From an uncultured Holophagales bacterium (GTDB lineage Bacteria; Acidobacteriota; Thermoanaerobaculia; Multivoradales; UBA5704): DNA of 64,000 nucleotides. The stretch is from NCBI GenBank assembly GCA_963842525.1, contig CAWJGT010000009.1, positions 384,001 to 448,000 of the forward strand. Reading direction: 5' to 3'. The position numbers and the translations under genes are program-made. The notes under the pieces were generated by a model that searched no databases, was not told the origin of the DNA, and saw nothing but the letters and a program-made list of their open reading frames with translations. This document shows positions 24,120-33,067 of the stretch, piece by piece. How positions within the stretch are numbered: the first letter of the stretch is position 1; the number at the start of each line of letters is the position of its first letter.

Positions 24120-24416
24120 ATGTCTCGCCGGATCGTCCGAACGCTCTTTGCCGTAGCCCTCGTGCTGGCCCTCGGCGCAGCCTCTCCCGCTCAGGCTGCG
24201 GTCTTCGGCCCATCTGTCAACGCTCTGGATGTCTGGAGCCGTGCCGTCGCCTGGTTTGTGAGCCTGTGGAACGGCGCGGCGGATGACGACCAGGGCCACA
24301 CGATCGACCCCAATGGCCTGACCGCGGCAACAAGCGACCAGGGCCACAGCATCGACCCCAACGGCCTGACGGCGCCGGATGACGACAAGGGATGGACGAT
24401 CGACCCCGACGGCTAG
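24120..24416 (+). CDS. Secreted peptide precursor with three GxxIDPxG cores (98 aa)
   Basis: RBS AAGGAGG; signal peptide ending PAQA; WSRAVAWFVSLW helix; DQGHTIDPNG, DQGHSIDPNG, DKGWTIDPDG. Confidence 0.85.
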   Translation: MSRRIVRTLFAVALVLALGAASPAQAAVFGPSVNALDVWSRAVAWFVSLWNGAADDDQGHTIDPNGLTAATSDQGHSIDPNGLTAPDDDKGWTIDPDG

Positions 24417-24532
24417 GTGAAGTGGGGGGCGGCCCTCCGCCGCCCCCTCGCCGTTCCCGTAACTGAGAACTGCCGGCGCGCTTTTGTGAGAGAATGATGC
24501 CGCCGGTTCGGGAATCCGAAAGGAGGTTGCGG

Positions 24533-25882
24533 GTGAGCGAGCATCCCTCAGCGGAGGATCTACGGGGTCTGTTCTTTGGCGGCGTGCCGGAAGAGCGGTT
24601 GCGCGCCGCCGTTCTTCACCTGCTGCGCGGCTGCCCGGAGTGCCGCGCCGCAGCGTTCGAGCATGCCCGGGCCATGGCGGCGCCTTTTCCGCGGGAGGCC
24701 CAGATCCCACCGGAGACGGACAAGGCCTACGACGCCGCGATCCGGCGCTCTATACAGGCAGCCCGCCGGTACCTCGAGCAGGAGGAAAAGCTCCCGGGCC
24801 GGATCGAGGAGGCCCGCGCCCTGCTCGACGCGAAGGACATGGACGGCTTCATCCGCGCACCGCGCTGGCTGTACGGGCTGCCCTTCGTCGAGGCCCTGCT
24901 GGAGCGGAGCTGGGCCGTGCGCCACGACGACCCGCAGAAGATGGTCCTTTATGCCCTTTTCGCCTCCCTCGAAGCCGACCAGCTCGACCGGAAGAAGCTC
25001 GGTGAGCAACGGGTGGAGGACATCCGCTGCCGGGCGTTGGTCGAGCTGGCAAACGCCCACCGGGTCGCGGACGACCTGCGGCAGGCCGAAGTAGCCCTGG
25101 GGGAAGCGGCGGAAGCCTTCCAGAAGGGGAGCAAGGACGATCGGCTCAAGGCGCGGCTCCTCGAGGTGCAGGCCTCGCTGTATGGCGACGAGCGGAGCTT
25201 CGACCTCTGCTTTCAGTCGCTGGACCTCGTGATCGCCCTCCATCGTCGCCTTGGAGACGACCACATGGTGGGGAGGGCGCTGATCAAGAAAGGTCTCTTC
25301 CATGGTCACAATCAAGATTTCGACCGGGCGATTGAGCTCCTGGAGCAAGGGTTTACCCTCATCGATGATAAGCGCGACCCGAAGCTTGCCATGGGGACCG
25401 TCCACAATATCGTCCACTTCTTGGTCAAGCGTGGGAGCTATCGCAAGGCCCGCAGACTGCTTTGGGAGAATCTCTGGCGGTACGAGAAGCACGGTGGGGA
25501 AATCGACCGCATCAAGGTCTGGGGCCTTCGCGGCCTGATCAACACCGGGCTCGGGAATTTCAAGCTGGCCGAACAGGAATTCCGCAAGGGAAAGGAAGGC
25601 CTCGAGGCAGCCGGCCTTCGTTACACTGCAGCCATCGCGGCCCTCGATCTGGCCGATGTCCAGCTCCGTCAGGGTAAGACGAAAGAGGCGCAGGCCCTGG
25701 CCCGCGAGGCGGTGGACGTCTTCCGCTCTTTGAGAATCAGCCGCGAGACCGAGATCGCGGTCCTGTTCCTGGAGGAGACTGTCAAGCAGCGTCTCCTGTC
25801 GAGCGCCGTCCTGCGGGAGATCGCCGAGTTCCTGCGCCGCGCCGAGCAGGACTCCGGAGCCCGGTTCGAGCCGAAGATCTGA
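24533..25882 (+). CDS. Zinc-motif + TPR-like protein (putative peptide receptor 1)
   Basis: GTG after AGGAGG; EHPS...HLLRGCPEC; RHDDPQKM, LANAHRV, VHNI, AALDLA helical repeats; no signal peptide or TM. Confidence 0.85.
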   Translation: MSEHPSAEDLRGLFFGGVPEERLRAAVLHLLRGCPECRAAAFEHARAMAAPFPREAQIPPETDKAYDAAIRRSIQAARRYLEQEEKLPGRIEEARALLDAKDMDGFIRAPRWLYGLPFVEALLERSWAVRHDDPQKMVLYALFASLEADQLDRKKLGEQRVEDIRCRALVELANAHRVADDLRQAEVALGEAAEAFQKGSKDDRLKARLLEVQASLYGDERSFDLCFQSLDLVIALHRRLGDDHMVGRALIKKGLFHGHNQDFDRAIELLEQGFTLIDDKRDPKLAMGTVHNIVHFLVKRGSYRKARRLLWENLWRYEKHGGEIDRIKVWGLRGLINTGLGNFKLAEQEFRKGKEGLEAAGLRYTAAIAALDLADVQLRQGKTKEAQALAREAVDVFRSLRISRETEIAVLFLEETVKQRLLSSAVLREIAEFLRRAEQDSGARFEPKI

Positions 25883-25899
25883 GGCCGCCGCGTCCCGCG

Positions 25900-26240
25900 G
25901 GACTATAGACATCCTCCGCGGCGACGCGCAGTGGTCCCGCGGGACCGGCCAGGCTCACCGTGGGACCATGGATACTCTCCTCGGCGGCGTGCAGTGGTCC
26001 TGCGGGACCGGCAAGGCTCACCGCGGGACCATAGACATCCTCCGCGGCGGCGTGCAGCGGTCCCGCGGGACCGGCAAGGCTCACTGCGGGACCAGGTACA
26101 TTCTCCGCTACGGCGTGCAGTGGTCCCGCGGCACCGGCAGGGCCCACCGCGGGACCATAGACATTCGTCGCGGTGGCGTGCAGTGGTCCCGCGGCACCGG
26201 CAAGGCTCACTGCGGGACCAGGTACGTTCACCGCGGGGCC
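25900..26240. repeat. 63-bp tandem repeat, 5 full units plus a partial one, with internal palindrome
   Basis: Units begin at 25900, 25963, 26026, 26089, 26152, 26215; each has GGTCCCGCGGGACC or a 1-nt variant. Confidence 0.9.
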
Positions 26241-26312
26241 ACACGGACATGCAGGAGTGGTGTCCGTCGCCACTCCGGCGGTCTCCTCTGCCGCTCCAGG
26301 TTTCTGGAATCC

Positions 26313-27548
26313 TTACAGCGTCGTCAGTACCTTGGCCAGGCGCTCGACCGCCCAGTCGATCTCTTCCTTTTTGATGGTCAGCGGCGGCGCGATACGGATG
26401 ACGTGGTCGTGGGTCTCCTTGCAGAGGAGCCCTTCCTTCTGCAGCGCCTCGCAGAAGCGACGGGCGCCGCCGGCCTCGCGGTGCAGCTCGATGCCGATCC
26501 ACAGGCCCTTGCCACGGACCTCCTTGATGTGCTGCGAGGAGATCTGCCGCAGGCGGTCCATGAAGTAGGGGCCCAGGGCGGCTGAATTCTCGATCATCTC
26601 CTCGTCGACCAGGACGCGCAGCGCGGCGCGCGCCACGGCCGCGGCCATCGGGTTGCCGCCGTAGGTCGAGCCGTGCTCGCCAGGCTGGAAGACCCCCATC
26701 ACCGGGTCGTCGGCCAGGATGCCGGAGACCGGGTAGAAGCCGCCGGAGAGGGCCTTGCCCACGATCACGACGTCGGGCCGGATCTCCTCGTGCTCGAAGG
26801 CGAACATCTTGCCGGTGCGGCCGAGGCCGGACTGGATCTCGTCGGCGATCAGCAGCGCGTTGTGCCGCTGGGTGATCTCGCGCAGGCGGCGCAGGTAGCC
26901 TTCGGGCGGCACCACGATGCCCGCCTCGCCCTGGATCGGCTCGACCAGCACCGCCGCCACGTTCGGGTGCATGGCCGCCTCGACCGCGTCGGCATCGCCG
27001 TAGGGGAGGACGCGGAAGCCGGGGGTGAAGGGGCCGAAGCCGGCGCGGTAGAGCTCCTCGGTCGAGAAGCTGACGATGCTGATCGTGCGGCCGTGGAAGT
27101 TGTTGCCGAAGGCGAGGATCTCGGCCTGCCCCTCGGGGATGCCCTTGACCTGGTAGCCCCACTTGCGGGCGGTCTTGAGGGCGGTCTCGACCGCTTCGGC
27201 GCCGGTGTTCATCGGCAGGAACTTGTCGAAGCCGGTGAGCTCGCAGATCTCCTTGTAGAAGGGTCCGAGCTGGTCGTTGCGGAAGGCGCGCGAAGTGAGG
27301 GTCACGGAGTAGGCCTGGTCGAGCATCGCCTGCAGGATCTTGCGGTGGCCGTGGCCCTGGTTGACGGCCGAATAGGCGGCCAGGAAATCGAGGTACTTGT
27401 TGCCCTCGACGTCCCAGACCCAGACGCCTTCGGCACGGCTCACCACCACGTCGAGCGGGTGGTAGTTGTGCGCTCCGAAGCGGTCTTCGAGGGCGATGTA
27501 GTCCTCGGTCTTCATCTGCTTCTTCTCTTCAAGCACAAAGGTGCTCAT
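26313..27548 (-). CDS. rocD: Ornithine aminotransferase
   Basis: [65 protein letters not shown]. Confidence 0.95.
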   Translation of the reverse strand: MSTFVLEEKKQMKTEDYIALEDRFGAHNYHPLDVVVSRAEGVWVWDVEGNKYLDFLAAYSAVNQGHGHRKILQAMLDQAYSVTLTSRAFRNDQLGPFYKEICELTGFDKFLPMNTGAEAVETALKTARKWGYQVKGIPEGQAEILAFGNNFHGRTISIVSFSTEELYRAGFGPFTPGFRVLPYGDADAVEAAMHPNVAAVLVEPIQGEAGIVVPPEGYLRRLREITQRHNALLIADEIQSGLGRTGKMFAFEHEEIRPDVVIVGKALSGGFYPVSGILADDPVMGVFQPGEHGSTYGGNPMAAAVARAALRVLVDEEMIENSAALGPYFMDRLRQISSQHIKEVRGKGLWIGIELHREAGGARRFCEALQKEGLLCKETHDHVIRIAPPLTIKKEEIDWAVERLAKVLTTL

Positions 27549-27715
27549 ATCTCCTCCAGGTGGTAACCGGTACCAGGGCGAATGGGTGGGGATTTCCCGG
27601 GGCGGACAGCGGCCCGAGCCGCGATCGGCCGCCGTATTAATGCGCCACATTGTGCCACAACGGACGGCGGATTTCAGGCGGGCCGCCGTCCCTGCTATCA
27701 TGCTGGCCGTAAGTC

Positions 27716-29245
27716 ATGCCTGACTATTCCAACGTTCCGCGGGACTCCCGTCGCGTCCCCATCGCGACGAAGGTCCAGTTCAAGTTCGACCGCTTCAGCG
27801 GTTTCCTGAGCGAGTACTCCGCCAACATCTCGCCCACGGGGCTGTTCATCGTCACCAAGACGCCGGAGCCGGCCGGCCGGGTGCTCGAGCTGGAGTTCCA
27901 CCTCGGCGACGGCTTCGAGATCATCAAGGGCAACGGCGAGGTGGTGTGGACCCGCACGGTCGCCGACGGCCCCCACCGGCCGGCGGGCATGGGCCTCCGC
28001 TTCCTGGAGCTGAGCCCGGGGAGCAAGGACCTCATCTACCGCATCGTCGACCAGTACGTGCTGGCGGGCGGCACGCCGTTCGACCTGATCGAGGCCGGGG
28101 GCGGGGTCGCTGCATCCTCTTCGGCGCCCTCCCGCGTCCCGGCCGAGGCGGACGACCTCCTGGCCCCCCTGCCGCCGCTGGACCTGGAGCCGGACCCGTT
28201 CCCGGACCTGGAGCCGGAGCCGCTCAAGGAGTCCTCTTCGAACGTGCTCCCCTGGCGCCGGCCGCCGGATCTCCGGATGGTCGAAGAGCCGGGGCTCGAG
28301 CCGGCCGGCGAGATCTTCGCGCTGGAGGAACCGGGTGCGCTCCCGGTTTTCGAGAGCCGGCCGGACCCGCTCTCGCTGCCCTCGCTGCCCTCGCTGCCAA
28401 CACCGGCCCCCTTCGCCGCCTCCGTCCCTTCGTCTGCGGCCGACGAGCTCTTCGCGTCGTATCTCCCCAAGCCGGCCGAGCCTCCGGAGCCGACGATGTC
28501 GAGGACTCTGTCGAGCCTCGCCGGCAGCGCCTCCGCGCAGGCCGAGCGCCGGCTGGCTCCGTGGGTGCTTGGGCTCGTCCTCCTCTGCGCGCTCGCCGCG
28601 GCCGGGATCCTTTTCCGCGACGATCTGCTCGGCCTCATCGGCCTGGGAGACGATGGAGAGGAGGTCGCGGCGGCTCCAACGACCCGGCCGCAGGAGCTGC
28701 CGCTCCGGCGGACGCAGCCTGCCGTACCGCCGCCTCCTTCCGCATCGGCAGCACCCGGCCTGACGTCCGACGTCGAGCCGGCGAAGCCCGCACCAGCCCT
28801 TGAGACGACCACAGCTCCAGACGCCGCCCCGCGGGAGCCCGCGGCCGAGGAGCCGCTGCCGGAGGTGGTGCAGCGCAAGCCGGCTCCGGAGCCCGCGGCC
28901 GTGCCGGCGGTGAGCGCCGTCGAACGGATCACCTTGGAGCCGACCGCCGGCAGTACCGTCGTGGTGCTCTGGGGCAACGGCGTCTTCCAGCCGCAAAGCT
29001 ACAGCCAGAGCCGCATGGACGGGCCGCCGCGCTCTCTGATCCGTCTCACCGGCATCCGCCGGCCCTTCTCGCCGACCCGCATTCCGGTCGGCACCCCCCA
29101 GGTGCGGCAGGTGCGGACCGGCTATCACGAGAAGGCCGGGGGCAATGAGCTCCACATCGTGCTCGACCTCGGGGGGCCGGGCGTCAAGATCACCCGGATC
29201 GATCAGGACGGCCAACGCCTGCGGATTCATCTGGAGGGACCGTAA
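27716..29245 (+). CDS. PilZ domain - Pro-rich linker - TM - AMIN-like domain protein
   Basis: RDSRR (RxxxR) and NISPTG (NxSxxG) PilZ motifs; TM WVLGLVLLCALAAAGILF; C-terminal PPRSLIRL..VRQVRTG..LHIVLDL. Confidence 0.8.
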   Translation: MPDYSNVPRDSRRVPIATKVQFKFDRFSGFLSEYSANISPTGLFIVTKTPEPAGRVLELEFHLGDGFEIIKGNGEVVWTRTVADGPHRPAGMGLRFLELSPGSKDLIYRIVDQYVLAGGTPFDLIEAGGGVAASSSAPSRVPAEADDLLAPLPPLDLEPDPFPDLEPEPLKESSSNVLPWRRPPDLRMVEEPGLEPAGEIFALEEPGALPVFESRPDPLSLPSLPSLPTPAPFAASVPSSAADELFASYLPKPAEPPEPTMSRTLSSLAGSASAQAERRLAPWVLGLVLLCALAAAGILFRDDLLGLIGLGDDGEEVAAAPTTRPQELPLRRTQPAVPPPPSASAAPGLTSDVEPAKPAPALETTTAPDAAPREPAAEEPLPEVVQRKPAPEPAAVPAVSAVERITLEPTAGSTVVVLWGNGVFQPQSYSQSRMDGPPRSLIRLTGIRRPFSPTRIPVGTPQVRQVRTGYHEKAGGNELHIVLDLGGPGVKITRIDQDGQRLRIHLEGP

Positions 29246-29257
29246 AAGGGTGATAGA

Positions 29258-30373
29258 ATGCCGGTCCCCGACCCGGTGGTAGATGCAGGCAGCCCGATGT
29301 CGAATGTGAAGCGGCTCAAGCGCCAGATACTCCAGGAGCTGGTGCAGGAGAATGTAGATCTCCTCCACGGCCGCCCTGCCCGGCGGGTGCGCCCGCGCCC
29401 CGGCCGCCTGTGGACGGTGCCCCGCGTCCTGGCGTTCTCCCTGTTGCCCATCGCGCTGCTCGGCTCGACCCGGCTGATCTCCTCGCTGGAGTCCCGCCAG
29501 CCACCGAATCCTGTCGTTGCGTCGGTCGCCCCTCCGGCGCCGGCCCCATCGGTCCAATCCGTCCCATCGGTCCGACCGGTCCAGACGGTTCAACCCCCAC
29601 CGCCAGCCACGGGAGCTCGCGTCGAGCCGCCGAAGCCGATCGACGCGGCGGTCTTCCCGCTGGCGGTCCGCCGGGTGGCGCTCGATCCGGGGCACGGCGG
29701 CGAGAGCCTGGGCACCCACACGCCGCTCGGCCTGATGGAGAAGAACCTGACACTCGACGTCGCCCTGCGGCTGCGCAAGCTCCTCGAGGCCGACCATTTC
29801 GAGGTCGTGATGACGCGCCAGGACGACGGGGACGTGCCGCTCTCGCAACGCGGCGCCGCCGCCAACCAGGGGGATGCCGACATCTTCGTCTCGATCCACG
29901 TCAACTGGATCGAGAACCGGCAGGCGCGCGGGGTCGAGACCTACTACCTGGGGCCGACGAACGATCCGTTCCTGACCCGGCTCGCGGCGGCGGAGAACCG
30001 GGAATCCGGCTATTCGATGGCCGACATGCGGCAGCTCCTCGACCGCATCTACGCCAACGTGCGCCAGGACAATTCCCGCAAGCTGGCCGAGGTCGTCCAG
30101 GCGTCGCTGTTCAGCTCGCTGCGCCAGTTCAATCCCAACCTCGACAACCGGGGGGTCAAGGCGGCCCCCTTCATCGTCCTGCTGACCACCGAGATGCCGG
30201 CCATCCTCGCTGAGGTATCCTGCCTGTCGAACGACGAGGAGGCCGAGCTCCTGTCCAAGCCCCACTACCGGCAGTACATCGCCGAGGCGCTCGCGGCGGG
30301 GGTCCGCTCCTATGCGGACGCCGTCGCCGGGGCGCCGCCGGAGGGGCCGCAGAGCCGTAAGAAAGGAACCTGA
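29258..30373 (+). CDS. N-acetylmuramoyl-L-alanine amidase (Amidase_3)
   Basis: ALDPGHGG, EKNLTL, FVSIHVN, GVETYY, PAILAEV zinc-amidase motifs; N-terminal membrane anchor. Confidence 0.92.
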   Translation: MPVPDPVVDAGSPMSNVKRLKRQILQELVQENVDLLHGRPARRVRPRPGRLWTVPRVLAFSLLPIALLGSTRLISSLESRQPPNPVVASVAPPAPAPSVQSVPSVRPVQTVQPPPPATGARVEPPKPIDAAVFPLAVRRVALDPGHGGESLGTHTPLGLMEKNLTLDVALRLRKLLEADHFEVVMTRQDDGDVPLSQRGAAANQGDADIFVSIHVNWIENRQARGVETYYLGPTNDPFLTRLAAAENRESGYSMADMRQLLDRIYANVRQDNSRKLAEVVQASLFSSLRQFNPNLDNRGVKAAPFIVLLTTEMPAILAEVSCLSNDEEAELLSKPHYRQYIAEALAAGVRSYADAVAGAPPEGPQSRKKGT

Positions 30374-31413
30374 TGGATACGTATGACAAGCAGCGTGATG
30401 TCCTCCACGTGGGGATCGACCTGGGGACGTCGCGGAGCTCGATCTCCGCGTCCAACGGCCAGCGCCATGTGGTGGAGAGCTACGTCGGCTGGCCGCTCGA
30501 CATGGTGGCCCGCAAGGTTCTGAAGAAGCCGGTCCTGATCGGCCGCGAGGCGCTCGACAACCGGTCCATGCTCGACCTCCACCGGCCGCTGGAGCAGGGG
30601 CTGATCAAGGAGGGGTCGGACAAGGACGAGGCCGCGGTGCGCGAGCTGCTCTGGCACCTCCTGTCGCTCGCCGGGGTCAACCGCGAGAGCCGCAACGGCC
30701 TCAAGGTGCGGGCGGTGGTCGGCGTCCCGGCCGAGGCGCTGCGGGTCAACAAGCAGCAGGTCCGCAAGGCGCTCCAGGGCGTGGTGGACAGCCTGATGAT
30801 CGTCTCCGAGCCGTTCGCCGTGGCCTATGGGCTGGAGTCGCTGCTCCACAGCATGATCATCGACCTGGGGGCGGGCACCACCGACTTCTGCGTCATGAAC
30901 GGCCGCCTGCCCACCGAGGACGACCAGCGGACGCTGCCGCAGGCGGGCGACTGGATCGACGAGCAGCTCTTCCGGCTGGTCCGCGACCGCCATCCGCAGG
31001 CCAGCGTCTCGCAGCACATGGTGCGCACCTGGAAGGAGGAGGGGAGCTTCGTCGGCAACAACAAGATGCCGGTGGTGGTCACCGCGCCGGTCGCCGGCAA
31101 GCCGACGCAGATCGACATCACCCAGGAGATGCGGCAGGCCTGCGAAGGCATCCTGCCGCCGCTGTCCGAGTCGATGCTCGACCTGCTCTCGCGGGTGCAG
31201 CCCGAGTACCAGGAGCGGGTCCGCCAGAACATCATCGTCTCCGGCGGCACCGGGTTGATCCGTGGCCTGGGTCCCCGCCTCGAGCAGGATCTGCAGCAGG
31301 TGGGCGGCGGCAAGGTGCGGGTGGTCAAGGACCCGGTTTTCGTCGGCTCCGACGGCGGCCTTTCCATCGCCCTCGACGCACCCGAGGGAGACTGGGAGAG
31401 GCTGGGCGCCTGA
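30373..31413 (+). CDS. MamK-like actin-family ATPase
   Basis: GIDLGTS, VGVPAEA, VSEPFAVAYG, IDLGAGTTDFC, QPEYQ..NIIVSGG, VKDPVF; residue pattern closer to MamK than to MreB as recalled; TGATG coupling to the amidase. Confidence 0.85.
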   Translation: MDTYDKQRDVLHVGIDLGTSRSSISASNGQRHVVESYVGWPLDMVARKVLKKPVLIGREALDNRSMLDLHRPLEQGLIKEGSDKDEAAVRELLWHLLSLAGVNRESRNGLKVRAVVGVPAEALRVNKQQVRKALQGVVDSLMIVSEPFAVAYGLESLLHSMIIDLGAGTTDFCVMNGRLPTEDDQRTLPQAGDWIDEQLFRLVRDRHPQASVSQHMVRTWKEEGSFVGNNKMPVVVTAPVAGKPTQIDITQEMRQACEGILPPLSESMLDLLSRVQPEYQERVRQNIIVSGGTGLIRGLGPRLEQDLQQVGGGKVRVVKDPVFVGSDGGLSIALDAPEGDWERLGA

Positions 31414-31443
31414 GCCCTGACGCCTCAGACGGGAGACCACCTC

Positions 31444-32920
31444 ATGTTCGGATCCATGGTGCTGGAAGTCGCGGTCGGCGTCATCTTCGTGTACCTGTTG
31501 CTGAGCCTGATGGTCACCGCGATCACGGAGTTGATCTCGGGATGGCTCAAGTGGCGGGCCACCGATCTCCGGAAGGGGATCCGCAGCCTCCTCGAATCCG
31601 GGGACTCCGAAAAATGGGTGAACGCGCTGTACGAACACTCGTTCATCCAGGGGCTCTCTCCGACGGAGGAGAAGGAGGCGAAGGGGAAAGGCCCGTCCTA
31701 CATCCCGTCGCGCACCTTCACCCTCGCCCTTCTGGACGTAGTTCGTGACACCAATTCGGCGGGCGAGCTCCTCGCCCGGGTCCTGCGCCAGGCGCTCGAC
31801 ACGGCTCCGGATTCGGCATCACTGGCCGATCTGAAGAAGGGGATCAAGGACGAGCTCCAGAAGATCCCGGATGACAAGGTGGGTGCGGGCCTCAAGGGAC
31901 AGGCCGCGGCGCTGGTCGACCGAATCCCAGCCAGTGTGTCTCTGGCCGATGCGAAGAAGGATCTCGGCGCTTATCTGCAACAGCTCTCCGGCCGATCGCT
32001 CCAGAGCCTGCTCCAGGACCTGCCGGACACAAAGCTGAGGAAATCCCTCCTCTGCCTGCTGGAGGAATCCCAGGGAAACATCGAGTCCTTCAAGGAGAAC
32101 GTCGAGATCTGGTTCAACAACTCGATGTCCCGCGTCAGCGGCTGGTACAAGAGGCGGACCCAACTCGTCCACATCATTCTGGCTGTGGTCCTGACGCTCG
32201 TGACCAACGTGGACACAGTCCTCGTCGTGAACGCCCTCTCCAAGAATCCGGCACTCCGCGAGTCGGTTGCCGCTCAGGCCGAGGCGTACGCGAAGGAGAA
32301 CCAACCCGCGGCCAGCGAATCCACCCCTGCGGCTGCGGAGGCCACGCCAGCTCCTGTGGAGGCCACGCCAGCTCCTGTGGAGGCCACGCCAGCTCCGGCA
32401 GAGACCCCGGCGCCGGAGGACAATGCCGAGCCCACGCCTGCACCTCCGGCTGGGACGACCGAGGCCGAAGGCGCCGGGCAGGGTGGGGAGACGGCAGCCG
32501 CGACAACGTCGGCCGATCCGGACGAGACCTTCCGGAAGCTCCGGGCTCAGCTCGACGCGCTCGAGCTGCCGGTAGGCTGGGTCCTCCCCAAGGAGAACCA
32601 GAAGCCTGCCGAAGCCGAAAGGGACAATGCGGACTTCCGCGAGTGGCCCGGCTGGTGGCCTTCCGGAACCGCCGGCGAATGGGCGCTCCTCTGGGCGCAG
32701 ACGGTCCGTTTCCACCTGTTCGGCTGGGTGCTCACGGCTTTCGCGATCTCGCTGGGGGCCCCCTTCTGGTTCGAACATGCTGAACAAGGTCATCAACATC
32801 CGGTCTGCCGGCAAGGCTCCCGAAGAGAAGCCGAAAGCGCCCAAGGAGGTGCCGCAGCCGCTGGAGCCGGGTCAGACGCCCACGCAGGCGGACGCGCTGG
32901 CCAACGCGGCGCAGCGGTGA
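31444..32920 (+). CDS. Membrane protein of unknown function, apparent frameshift ~32775
   Basis: N-terminal TM, PSYIPSRTF, WFNNSMSRVSGWYKR, SLGAPFWF; C-terminus continues in ORF ending 32920. Confidence 0.75.
32338..32400 (+). repeat. 21-bp coding tandem repeat (EATPAPV x3)
   Basis: gaggccacgccagctcctgtg repeated three times (last copy variant). Confidence 0.8.
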
Positions 32921-32926
32921 TCTGGG

Positions 32927-33034
32927 GTAGCCTGGGGTTGGAAACCCCAGGCTGGTCAGCGCCGCCCATGCGGGGCGGGTGGTGGAGTCGCCCGGTAGGG
33001 CGATGGTTTCCAGCCTGGGGTTTCAACCCCAGGC
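32927..33034. repeat. Pair of REP-like hairpins between convergent genes
   Basis: GTAGCCTGGGGTTGGAAACCCCAGGC at 32927 and AGCCTGGGGTTTCAACCCCAGGC at 33012. Confidence 0.7.
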
Positions 33035-33067
33035 GCTGGAGCCCGATCCCCCGCTCCTGACCCCACG

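Noticed and set aside
25900-26240. CRISPR array
   Set aside because: The whole 63-bp unit repeats, there are no unique spacers, and no cas genes are in the window
30373-31413. Magnetosome island
   Set aside because: Only the MamK-like gene is present; no other mam/mms-like genes are recognisable in the window
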